Positions 1 through 11,608 of a stretch of DNA of 47,048 nucleotides are shown here, in pieces; within the stretch, counting starts at the first letter, position 1, and every line of letters begins with the position of its first letter. The position numbers and the translations under genes were made by a program. Source of the stretch: Dimargaris cristalligena (taxonomy: Eukaryota); contig ML002289.1 of the NCBI GenBank assembly GCA_003614675.1, forward strand, positions 1-47,048, written 5' to 3'. The notes beneath the pieces are model-generated. The model searched no databases. It saw nothing but the letters and a program-made list of their open reading frames with translations, and was not told where the DNA came from.

Positions 1-80
1 ACTCGTCAGGGGCATACTTCCGATAAGTGCGAAAAATAGATAAAAAATAAAAGTAGGTAAAAAATGTGGTAAGTTCACCA

Positions 81-567
81 CAGTAGGGGCATGGTACTAT
101 CTAATAAAGGCTATAACTGCAGGTTCAGGTAAGGGATGTGCAGGGAGCACACTTGCTGGTTAATATAAGGGGGGTAAGCATATATAGAGTTTATTGGGAT
201 AAACTAAGGGGTAAGAATAAGCTAAAGAATCTAACCAGTCCCAATGGGGCCCAGTTATATATATGCAGGGAATGACTCTAGAGGGAGGTCCCCAAAGGAA
301 GATACTACTAAGACTAAGGTATAGTAGAATAGGCCAACTGGACAACTGTTAGGACCTAAAAGACTTTGATGGTAACTGGGAGAGTCTTTGAATCAGCTCT
401 CAAGTAATTAATGTAAAGAGGCAGAGTCTGGAAGGGGAATAGTTATATGATATAAGGTGATCCCATAGTACTGGGGGTGACTATGGGCAGGTTAACATGG
501 TACTATAAGGCCTAATGGGGATGGGTAATTATTATATCTAGGTTAAGTTGGATTAGGAGGGCTGACA
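81..567 (+). mobile_element. Truncated LTR, copy A, of a degenerate LTR retrotransposon family
   Basis: Its reverse complement aligns with 1177-1650 and 6514-7000 (shared blocks such as ccctctggagtt.tccct and cccctagtttacc..aataaact). It ends in ...GGGCTGACA, a typical LTR CA end. No CpG seen. Confidence 0.7.
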
Positions 568-1176
568 GGGATGTTAGGCACATTGAAAAAGCCAAAGTTG
601 GTACAGGACATACTAACAATCAAACTGTATAAATAATTGATAATCAATTATTCTGGTAGGATTATTAATTATAAAGGGAAAAGAAAGGGAATGTATACAT
701 GTAATATATTAATATATTTTAAAGTGGGCCCCTTAAATCAGTATCTCAAAGCAATTGTTTAAATATACTAAATTGCATCCCAGATTTTAAATAGACCACA
801 AAATCAGCATAACACATGGTCAATTAACTAATTATGAATATAGCAGGTGGGGCAAAGATCTTCCAAGGGTGTGCAAATATTTACTAAAATTGGTGTAATT
901 ATTTGATATTATTCAAATAATTGACAATAGAGGGGTCTGTCATGATAACTATCAGCTGAACTGATGGCTGGTTATTCTAAGCTAATTGGTGACCATCTTA
1001 TAGCACTACACATGTACCCCAGGACAGTATTTGCCAAGTGAGCAGACTCACCTTCATTAGCAGGAGTTTGCCTAATAGACCTCAGTCCATAATTCCAGCA
1101 CTGTAGCCCAGGACTGTCCACCAGGATAGAGTGTGGGTATAATTGCCCAGGGTAAATACTATGCAGTTATACCCAA

Positions 1177-1760
1177 TATTGACCCTTCTAATCCAACTTA
1201 ATCCAGGTATAGTAATTGTCCATCCCAACTAGGCTATATAATGCCATATGTAACTTCCCATAGTCTCCCCCTGGTACTATGGGATCCTTCTATATTATAC
1301 AACCCTTCCCCTTCTGGACTCCACCTCTTCACACTAATCACTCAATTGGTAATCCAAAGACTCTTCCAGTTACCATTAGAGTCTTCCAGGTCCTTATGGC
1401 CTTCTGGTCAGCTTATTCATTGTATCATTAACCTTAAGAGTACCTTCCCCCAGGGGCCTCCCTCTGGAGTTATCCCCTGTATATATATAACTGAGCCCCA
1501 TTAGGACTGGTTAGTTTCCTTAGCTTATTCATACCCCCTAGTTTACCTTAATAAACTTTATATATACTCACCCCCTTATACTAACTAGTAAGTGTACCTG
1601 CTGTACATCCTTGCATACCTAATCACCTAAGCCTTTATTGGTTAGTACTATGCCCCATCCTAATGCTAGTAGCCTGCTTGGCCAAGTCTAAGCCCTGCCT
1701 ACCATTAGAAGCCTATCCTTGGGACTCTTGATGGACTAAGAGTGGTTAACCTGGGTAATA
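1177..1760 (-). mobile_element. ~585 bp LTR, copy B; probable 3' LTR with adjacent polypurine tract
   Basis: Aligns end to end with 6514-7101. The termini are mutated TGT...ACA (TATTGA...GGTAATA). It is followed directly by atccccctccc (1761-1771), which reads GGGAGGGGGAT on the minus strand, a polypurine tract abutting the LTR start. Confidence 0.7.
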
Positions 1761-2063
1761 ATCCCCCTCCCAATTAGTCAGGAGGTACCCCCTATGGCAC
1801 CAGAATGTACTGTACCAGATTGCATGACTCCCAGTTGCTTCCCTAAACCTAACACTGTAAAAACAGATTCTGACAGTAATGCACAACCATGCACTGGATC
1901 AGCTGTTTATCATCTGGGATTGAGGAGTATGCATGTGGGTTTACTGTTGACTACCCCATATTCTATTTTTAAAATTCATACTAGATATGATGATTAAATA
2001 ACCATCTATAAAAGCTATTCACGAATTCAGGAATTCCCCCACCTTATCATTGGCTATCAAATC

Positions 2064-2350
2064 TGTAACCGGGGGGAGGTCGGGTTGGACCAAGTGGGGT
2101 TTACTGTAGGCGAGGACTGTGTGGGGAGGGAAAGTGTGCCAATCAACTCACTAGTAAAGTATAAATTGTGATTTTATGTTAATATGATGAACCCGGTCTT
2201 CCGGTAGTTTTGACTGATTTTATATGTTCTAGATCTTTATTTCCAGTCTGGTCGAGTCGACTTTTGTCCGCACTACATTGGGACTGGGATCTCAGGAGAA
2301 GGAGTCACGTGATGTGTTCAGCTGCGGGGATCCTTGGCCTGGCTGTTGCA
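2064..2350. mobile_element. Possible solo LTR of a second family
   Basis: Starts TGTAAC and ends GTTGCA (imperfect inverted termini). The flanks AATC/AACC resemble a 4-bp TSD with one mismatch. It retains CpGs, unlike the flanking DNA. Only one copy in the window. Confidence 0.3.
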
Positions 2351-2759
2351 AACCATGGATCAATACTGTGTTTGCATTGGTATAACACCAGGATACAGGT
2401 CCAACATTTGCATCCGATTGGATGCATCCCTACCTCAGAGAGGCATTCTACTGTATAATGCAAGCCTCCCCCACTCCACAACTGATAATACTATGGAATC
2501 ATCTCCAAGTGGCACTGTCACTTCAATGCCCTTATTAATTGCATAAACGATCTGGATAGGCTAGCTACATTAGCTATGCCGGCCATAACGTCAACAAAGG
2601 CATCACGTATATCACTCAATAATTGGAAGCTATAGTGGGAGATCCCGCTAGGTTGGCTCTAGAATGGAGTAACTGTGGATCAACGTTTATTGAAGAAATG
2701 TGTGGAGACCTCTAGCCCCAAATATAATACATAAGGGAGTATGATTATGGCTTAGTAGC

Positions 2760-3104
2760 CTATTTTGGTGCAACGGTGGCCTTACCGCCTTTTTCGACTT
2801 TTTTGTCAATCGCCCTGGCCATCTTTTGGACGTTAGTCTTGGGAATCTTAACCTGTTTGCCGAAAGTCGCCGCTTTTTTGGAGGTGTTACCACTATTGAC
2901 ACCAATATTTCTTGGGGCCGGGGGCGATGAATCAACGGTGCCCTTACCACCAGCTTTCGTTGTGGGCAAAGCCCGGCGCACGAGAAGGACGGCAGATACT
3001 TGGGAGTGATGGTGGTCTGGGCCACTGGGCAGTGGATGGGCGAGAACCAGAGCCAGGGTCGCCGACGCGATCAGGGCGAGCGTGGTGGGGATAATGAAAT
3101 GCAT
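2760..3104 (-). CDS. Small secreted Lys-rich prepro-protein (114 aa)
   Basis: Intronless ATG ORF with a hydrophobic signal peptide (MHFIIPTTLALIASATLALVLA|HP), a pro-region ending in VRR, and a Lys/Gly-rich, Cys-free C-terminal part. It has a pyrimidine-rich 5' leader and TATAAATA about 220 bp upstream. Confidence 0.75.
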   Translation of the reverse strand: MHFIIPTTLALIASATLALVLAHPLPSGPDHHHSQVSAVLLVRRALPTTKAGGKGTVDSSPPAPRNIGVNSGNTSKKAATFGKQVKIPKTNVQKMARAIDKKVEKGGKATVAPK

Positions 3105-4180
3105 GGTGAATGACAGCGGTGCAAGTGCGAGCGGTGGGGTGAGAATGGGATTTGAAATCAGGCTGGTGCAGTGGAGTAAGGGGAGGAAAGTTCAAGTAGG
3201 GTAGTGGTGTAAGTAAAGGTGCTTGGGGAGAGAAAACGGGGGAGAGAATGGGTGTGAAAGTGAGAATGGGATTGGTGTTGATATTGATATGGATAAAATG
3301 AGAGGGAATATGTCCGATATTTATACAATTAATGAGTTCAAGGGAAAGAGTACTGTTAATTAGCAGTCATAGGCTTCTCTCTTTCCCCCGCACCCTTTCC
3401 CTCTACCTCTTCCTTCGAGCTAATCGAACATTGACCAATGGGGCTCGATACCATGTACTATGCCCCCTCCCCCGTTTGACGAGAAATGGAGTCATTCGCG
3501 TAGCTCTATAATGGTCGGAAAAGTTGCAGGGCGGAATTAATATACCGATTTGACCATCGGGCCACCTTTGTTTTCTCTATAGCACCACCACCAGCACCAC
3601 CAACTCCCGCCTTTTATCCTGTCCATTGGCACCACCGTTTTCAACCTATTTACATCCCACGGATGGACCACAATAATCACCAGAACTATAACGTACCGCT
3701 GTACGATCTCCCCCAAGTCTTTGTACTAATGCAATTCTCTTTATGTGACGCTCTGGCGCGGGAATTGGGAATAGAGGAGGCGCCCGCTTACCGGGGGGAC
3801 AGGGATATGGGCGTGCGGAAAGGATGTAAGGATTTATAGAGGTATACCTAGGTAGATATATCCAATGAACACCCATACTCTCCTTCTTACATGCTCATGT
3901 CCTCTCTCTTGCCAACCGGGCCTGTCAAATGGTATTATCCGCCACCCCAACTAAAATACCACCATTTGTATTTAGTCTGGAGGCAGTGAACAGTATACTC
4001 GCTCACACTTGAATAATATAAATAATATAAATAAATAGTAAAGTAACGCTATCCCAGGCCTAATGACCAGCTGTTGAGCGGACAGAGACTTGAATATATC
4101 CCTGACCCAGCATACTCGCCGGGTGCGTTATGGCGAGAATTAATCAAGGACAATCATCTCTTACCAAGAACTGCCCCGGG

Positions 4181-4603
4181 CTAATTAGAATTCCGGCGAT
4201 CCAAATGCCCATAGTTCCGACCATCGTTAGCGCCCAGAGAGATAGGCCACTCCATTCCGCCTACAAAAGACCGTCGACCCTCGTAAGCTTGGATTATTGG
4301 GGAGTTGTTGACCTGCGGAAAATATAAGCGGGCTAGACCATGTGCACTAGCCTACCAATTCTCTGGAATGGCCTATTTGTAGCCCTGGATTAGAATATAT
4401 ATATATTTTCGAAGACAGAAATAGTATACCCGGGGACTACAAAGTGTGTTGGCGTCGGGATCATCTAATCCACCGCTAGGATTCGGATTACGGACTGGCG
4501 TACCTTGCTCGAGTGCAGAACGCTGGGGCGTGGATGGCGGTGTACCCGGGCCGGATGAAGGTGGGACACTAGGTCCAGAGGAATGAATGGGGAGGCGCGA
4601 CAT
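4181..4603 (-). CDS. Hypothetical ~101 aa Ser/Pro-rich protein (exons 4603-4430, 4312-4181)
   Basis: GC/CpG-rich ATG ORF. A gtatac donor and ttttccgcag acceptor join in frame to VNNSPIIQAYEGRRSF...RRNSN*. No recognisable family. Confidence 0.4.
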
Positions 4604-5912
4604 TGAAGAGAGAGTGTTAAGTGTTGATGTATTTTGAGGGAAAAAATTTAGTAATTATTAGTATTTTATTTTATTTTTATAGTAATCGTGAAGAGAATAG
4701 CAATTATGAACAAAGTATTGTTTTCCTGTTGCAGGAAGAGGGCTCCCTGAACAGAGGTCGCAAATCCGTTGTTATAAATAACACAGAATCTCTTTAACAG
4801 GTTTGAATACCGGCATAATATCATCACAACACATGGTCGTTAGCATGGATATAAAATAACAAAACGGGAGTTGACTTCCCAAAAGGAATGAAATATTTCT
4901 CATGAAATTCGCCATATCAGTTATAATCGCTAGTATTTGATAAAAAAAACAGTCGTAAGTATTGTAATTCTTTGATAATCGTCAAATCAACATAAGAATC
5001 GGCAGATAAATTGATAGCCGGATGGTAAAGGCTGTTGGCCGACATTCTCACAAAACTACAAAAGCACTCATAATAGGGTTTAGTTTTTAATTGGCCAAAG
5101 GAATAAACAGGCCGAATTTTCATTACGGGTGGGTTCCACGACCACCTCTCCTCCGGCTCACTCATTTTCGTTAATTCAGTTGATGAACAGGCAATAAGGC
5201 GGACTTTAAAACAAACAAACAAAAAAAAGGGTAAGGGATGTAGCAGCTCGTGCAGCACTAAAACTATACGCGTCTGTTTGTCTGACACTGAACAATTAAT
5301 CATTTTGGCCGGTGGAATTTTTAAATAGGGTTAATTGTCCGATGGAATGGGGTGGTGGGAGGTAGCTGGCGAACCACAGAGCAAGGGTACGTTATGTCAG
5401 AGACCCAAAGCAAATCGGAGAGGAGTTGGCTGGTAAATAGGAGGGGGGCCAATACAACCAAGCCCCCTGGTATTCCCCACTGCTTAATTATCGGATGGTT
5501 CTCTATATATTACATAGTATAGTAAAACGAATGATAGTAAAGAAGATTGCCGCCTTCGAACCCAAAGGCCCACAATCAAGGCCCGTTTCTTTATATTCAT
5601 GATATTAATGTTGGGTAGCCGATACATTCGATGGCCTAAATGGACTTATTGTACGTGATTTTCTCATTCATCCTCGACAGATGTTTTACCAGTGGTTGAA
5701 CTCTGCCTGACTGCTTACTAGTTTAACTACTAGCAGTTCCATCACACCCTCCCCTACTCTTGCATATCAGTACATTATACTATTTCTATTGTAATATATT
5801 TTTATCTATATTATTCTAGGATTCCTTATAGCAGCTTTACTGACCTGAATTGTTATTTTCCTGGTATCTAATCAGCCCCCACGACCTCCCATCCTCCCAA
5901 CTTGTTATACCA

Positions 5913-6056
5913 ATATGGGAGTAGTTCAACTAGGCTGTATAACAAAAAATCCATTTGATGAGGCAAATACTACTGGTTGAAAATAAATATCCCACCAATT
6001 TTCCCACACACATATCGGTTAAAACCTTATACCACTGAGCCGAACTTCATCCATAT
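5913..6056 (+). mobile_element. 144 bp MITE, copy 1
   Basis: Imperfect ~30 bp terminal inverted repeats (ATATGGGAGTAGTTCAAC...CGAACTTCATCCATAT). Colinear with the reverse complement of 34319-34462 and 45538-45681. Confidence 0.7.
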
Positions 6057-6513
6057 CCTGCCAAACTTGGATGGAATATGAGTACCAGTTTGATATATTC
6101 CTGGGTAACCTGTGGAATTATATTGTATTGGTATATTCCTACTAAAGATACCAATTAGTTATACTGCAAAGTTGTGAATAGCAGCAAAAGCTGTCTATAA
6201 AACCAGGTCAACAGCCAAACCTACTAAACCTGAACAACTTACAGTGTAACCCATCTCTGTTGATGTGGAATTTAACTGAGACATTAGCATGGCCTTATAA
6301 TGCCAATAGTCTGCTAAGTGAAATGATGGTTCTAAACTGCTAGAGGCCTATAGAACTTATCAACTACCCATAATCTCCAAAAACAACCCATCAGGCTAAA
6401 TGGGAGTTGGATAATATGGGAATATATATTGTGGAGCCTCCTATCATCTATCAACCTTCAATTTATAATCTAATTGATAATCTGGTACTTTATTTTGAGA
6501 ATATTTAATATAC

Positions 6514-7101
6514 TGTTGGATTATTTAGTCTATCTTAATCCAGCTGGCTTAGATATCTAACTATATTAGGCCTTATAGCACCATATTAGCCTTCTCATAG
6601 TCACCCCTAGTACTATAGGATTATCCCTTATTATATAACCCTTCCCTTTCTAGACTCTACTTCTTTATATTAATTACTACTAGTGCTAATCTATAGCTTC
6701 TTCCAGTTACCATCCGAGTCTTCTGGATACCTACAACCATCCAGTTAGCCCATTTATCTATACCTTAGTCTTAGTAGTATCCTCCCCTTGGGACCTCCCT
6801 CTGGAGTTGTCCCTGCATATATACAACTGGGCCCCATTGGGACTAGTTAGACTCCTTAGCTTACTCTTACCCCCTTAGTTTACCCCAATAAACTCTATAT
6901 ATACTCACTCCCCCTTGTACTGGCTAGTAAGTGTACCTGCTACATGTCCCTTACCTATCCCTACCACTTAGCTTTTTTTAGTTAGTACTATGCCCTATAC
7001 CTGATGCTAATAGCCCACTTGACCCAGCCTAAGCCCCACCTATTATTAGAAGCTAACCCTTGGGACTCTTAATAGACTAAGAGGGGTTAACCCAGGTAAC
7101 A
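6514..7101 (-). mobile_element. ~588 bp LTR, copy C (solo or remnant)
   Basis: Termini TGTTGG...GGTAACA and full-length alignment to 1177-1760, with differences dominated by C/T and G/A transitions. No matching TSD seen. Confidence 0.7.
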
Positions 7102-8044
7102 AGTTACAACTTAAGCACAATTAATGAGATGATGTCCCCCTTTCTAGAGGGGACCCTGCCTTTACTGACCAATAACAATAGTTCAATATAGGGATAGCTG
7201 GCCTTGCAGACTGCCCTTTTCTCCTTATATTGTCACTTTTTTCCCTTTTCAATTTGTTGGCTCTTTTACCCATATCCTAGTGACCAGGACATTGGTCCCC
7301 TTTTATTATATATTAAAATTGGTTCAATAAATTGCCATGCAGGCAATAATAGGGACCAGTCATGCACAAGGCCTCTTCAATACAAGTCCTACCTTTCATT
7401 TCGCTGGGTCCAACACATAGCCTTCCTAATTCCTACAAGTTTTCTCAATTTAAAACCAATGGGAGTAGGGCCGAACCTCGCCCATAGCCGCATGGCCAAA
7501 TGCATTGAACCTTTCTTAAATCCATCAATCCACATAGGGACAGTTTCCCATTCACGAATACCCCAGACATCAAGGATGCATATTATACGGTTGGGACAGT
7601 TATGAATATTATAATATCGATAAAGATAGTTTGAGGAGAATTGCACAGTAGAATGAAATGATAAACCATATTGAATCAATCCGAGAAAGGAGGGAGGGAG
7701 GGAGAGGTGCTACTAATAATAATATAGTTAAATGCAAATGGGAGGGGGGGTATGTATGCCAATCTACTACGCTAAAAAAAGCACAGCAAACGGTGGATAC
7801 GACGGGAATGAAGATTCACGAGGGCTTGGACATAATATATGGATGGAAATAAAGGAGGATAAGGAGGAATTAATAAATGTAAGCTATATTATCTAGTCGC
7901 TATAATGATTAGAAATAACTTCCTACTAACCCATCGTTGCTAGTCGTCTTCATTCTAGACTAATACACATTCCTCCTTCTGTACCCACACCCACACCCAG
8001 ATACACACACACGCATTCCATCCCATCTCATTTCATCGACTTCT

Positions 8045-10503
8045 TTAGTCATATGACCGATTGCCTAGATTCAAGTTCTGGGCCATCGTTAAATCCTGCA
8101 CTGTCTTCTGGAAATGCGTAAAGTCGTGACTCTTGGGGACCACCCAATCGCCCAATTCATAAATAGCCAACGTCGAATCAATGGTACCAATGGCCGCTTT
8201 ACGCCCGAATTTATCCCAGGCCAACCGGTTGAGGGCGTGTTTGCCGGACCCCACGGGCGTGGACAGGACAGGCACTTCGGTATCCGTGTTCAGGTTCCAC
8301 ACGTCAAAATGGCCACTACCATCAACGGTACCGAAAATAGCGGGATGGATCGGGGACCATTTGACATCGTAGATGTAATCGTCAAACGCTTCGAACGAGT
8401 GGATCGGGGTGGTTTGGGCGGATGCGGGGAGGCTGGAGGAGGAGGATACCATGCCTGATGCGGACGAGGGGATACCCCCGCCGCTAGAGGCCTGCGCGGT
8501 CGATTTATTGGGCGATTTAGCGCGCCATAATTTGACCGTCCAGTCCACCGAGCACGTCAAAAATAGGTCGGTGTAGTCCACGGGACCCACGAGGGGGTGG
8601 AAATTCAGGCCCGTGACGGGCCCCGTGTGACCCCGGTACACGTCCTGCAGATTCAACCCGGCCTTGCTTCCAGCCCGATCGTAACGGTTCGCCTGGTATA
8701 CATTGCCCTCTTCGGTTCCGACCCAAAAGGCCGCCGTTTCACCTTCGGGGAATCCCATGGCGGTGGGGGCCACTTCATCGGTACGGGGGGGGGGGGGGGG
8801 GGTCAGTTCCAGAATCTCCTGGGGTTTGGCCAAAATATCGAGTTGCCAGGAGCACACCACGCCGTCCGTGCTGGCCGTCACCAAATTATGGGCATTCTGC
8901 GTCCCCACCATATCCAAGGAATACACCGGGTGGGTATGGCCCACGGCCGAGAGCGGGGTTTTCAGCACCGGCTGGGCCTTGGCCCGCGTGTCCCACAGGA
9001 GAATCTGGCCCGAGTAAGTGCCGCCGATAACCAGATTGGGGTGGAAATCCGAAAACCGGACCTGCAGAATATCCGATTGCGAATGGAAGACAAATTCGGG
9101 GCGTTCCCGGAGGTGCAGGTTCCACACACAGACAATACCGTCGGGGTCGTTCATGGCCATGGGGTTCCGGTTGTATGAACTCACCACCAATTCGGGGAAC
9201 TTCTTGGACCAGGCCACGTCCGTTACGGATCGATTCTTGGTCCACCGCTCGTCACTGAAATTGCAGTACAATTTAATCTGGTCACCCGAGACTTGATCCC
9301 CGTCCACCTGCTGGCTAATGGTGTAGTCCGTCATAAAGTCGTAGGTCTCATTGAGCGCCCGTTCCACCAGCTTGGACGAGTAGTCGATGAAATCGGTAAA
9401 CTCGGAGGACTGTTCAATGGACATCTTCTCGTCTTCAGTCAGCTCCTTCAACTTCTGTCGTTGTTTCTGGAGCTCCTCCTGCCGCTTCTTCTCCTGCTCC
9501 TCGGCAATGCGGCGGGCTTTTTCGTCCTTCTCCCGCTGCTCTTTGACCCGCCGCTCGATCTCTTCCTCGGGAATAACCGGGGGGTCGAGTAGCATATCGG
9601 TGGTCTGGGCCTCTTTATTATAGGCCAGACGTTCCTAAATAATTGTGATATATTGGGCATTGGGGGGGTAGTGATAGACGGCGGAATCGTAGGGAGGGGG
9701 GTTGATTAATGAAGTGTATGTTAATATTGGAATAGACAGTCACATCTCAAGCGCCGAGCCAGTCCCTAATTCGACAGCATAATATACTAAACGCACCAGA
9801 CACACGAATTTATATTAACAGACAACTTCCTCTAAAGAGTAGGAAAAACTTACCTTGGGTGGCATATCGAGGATAACCGCATCGAAGGCCGAGAATTCCG
9901 GGATGGCCTGGGGCTTAGGGGGGCCTTCGAATCCGGTCGGTGACATGGCGCGCTGCTCGATAGAGGTTAAATCGGTAGTGGAAGACGAGCCTGAAATATT
10001 GCCCTGAAAGCTGAGCCCAGGCTCGGACAAGGTCTGGCTGATGGACGAGGCTCGGATGCGCGTTGGGCTCCGGGGACTGAGACGCTCACCCACGAGGGAC
10101 GCCACCAGATCGTCGATTTCTTGGCGACCATTAGTAGCTGGAGCCGGGCCAGTTGCCTGTTATTTGCAAATAAACAAGCATAATGGTCATAAACAACGAT
10201 AATTTACGGGCATACATACATCAGGTTAGGAGGTCTAATGGAACAGGGGGTGAGTAGTTTGGGTGTAGGATGGTGGGTGGTTGAGTTTTACAGGCAAACC
10301 CACACATGCGGTGAACAAATGAATGGCCACAGCATTCAAGGTATAGGGTAATTATCGCTGAGAAATGAGTGGGAGTCAGCCATATGAGATAGTTCCCTGG
10401 CACCCTCCATCCCACATATCTACTAGTCGTCCTGGGATATATATTATTCAGGCGACTAAATTCTAAAGTAGCCTAGGCCATTAATACACTGGCACTCGCC
10501 ATT

Positions 10504-10538
<35 letters not shown>

Positions 10539-10652
10539 TACCGCCGGGCCGGGTCGACCACCCAGGAAGGCCTGGCGCCGTTCCTCCCTCTGTCGTCGGA
10601 TTTCGGCTAAACGCTGGCGCTTGCGAGCGATCTCCTCCTGTCGGCCTTCCAT
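8045..10652 (-). CDS. DYNC1I/PAC11: Cytoplasmic dynein intermediate chain, WD40 (exons 10652-10542, 10156-9854, 9634-8045)
   Basis: N-terminal charged helix (MEGRQEEIARKRQRLAEIRRQREERR), light-chain-binding YNKEAQT motif, FIDYSSKLVERAL segment, and WD40 repeats (GHTHPVYSL, TCSVDWTVKLW, YDVKWSPIHPAIF). All splice sites are GT-AG and in phase. Confidence 0.95.
10508..10534. repeat. (TA)n microsatellite in dynein IC intron 1
   Basis: Directly visible. Similar (TA)n tracts occur at ~17580, ~26956, ~31850 and ~35580. Confidence 0.9.
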
Positions 10653-11608
10653 AACTGGTTAACTAACACTACGGGGCTAGGTGGTGGAGAGAGGGAGAGT
10701 CGACGATTGAAAATATCCCTGGAGGAGGCGGAGTAGATGATATGCAAGGAGATCAAATAGACGATGATGCGGAAATACTGGCGAGGTTATATATGCCTGT
10801 AGTGCTGTTAGCTCCCTATGCTGCCCAACTTAGTGGAGAAGGAGTGGGAACGAATGTGGCTCTTAGGTAAAAGTCAGGCTAGGTCCTCTAGATGGCTGTA
10901 GTTCGCTTGTGTAGTCAGCGAACGGGAAATGAAAAAAAGGTCGATAACGAAGGGGTAAGAGTAGCGGAGTATTTAGGTAACAATTGGGGGGAAGTAGTAA
11001 AGCAGATGGTGGCAGAGTGACCCCGGAACAAGGGAATAGGGAGAACTACCAGACAGGGAATAAAGGTGCAGATGGAATTCAAGACCAGGGAGTTGGCGGG
11101 GCATAAAAATATTGGCGGGAGTATGAGGTATATTGGGCGGCTGAGCTTTGAAAACTCCGGCCGAACTGGGCTGTTTAGACAGTCTGCCTTTGTCGATTAT
11201 TTCTGATTAATTTAAACATTGCCCGAGGGATTCACTCGCTACAACAAATGGAGGGACTGAGTTGGCTTACTCGCTATATCAAAATGAGTAGTACATTACG
11301 CGCAACAGGTTTGAAGGAGACCTGCTACAACTCCATCTCATTCTAACACTTACTATGTTCCTGGAGGAGTTAAATGGGTGTTAGGGAAAGAGCCCTCCAA
11401 ACGAGTCACTAAACAAAAATCATATGTCAATAGATCCGATTGACCATTGTCATCCTAATCAAACAAATTATGCATTGCATCAACAATAGGAATGTTTCAA
11501 TAAGTGCTTTATAAAAGGAAACAGCCATAAGACCTATTGGATAAGTAGTTGGTGCATAAACGGGAAGGGGAGGGAGGAGGGGTATCCCGTGGAGAAACCA
11601 GCCATTGT

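Noticed and set aside
160-1504. ORFs 160-345 (-) and 1241-1504 (+) sharing GPPSxVIPCIYIT
   Set aside because: They are chance frames within the repeated LTR and are interrupted by stops in the other copies.
2575-2690. 5S rRNA-like start (GGCCATAAC)
   Set aside because: The remainder lacks the conserved 5S internal boxes and terminal stem.
4917-7679. ORFs 4917-5303, 7204-7605 and 7389-7679
   Set aside because: AT-rich with no recognisable domains. The 7.2-7.6 kb frames lie in CpG-poor, probably decayed repeat DNA.
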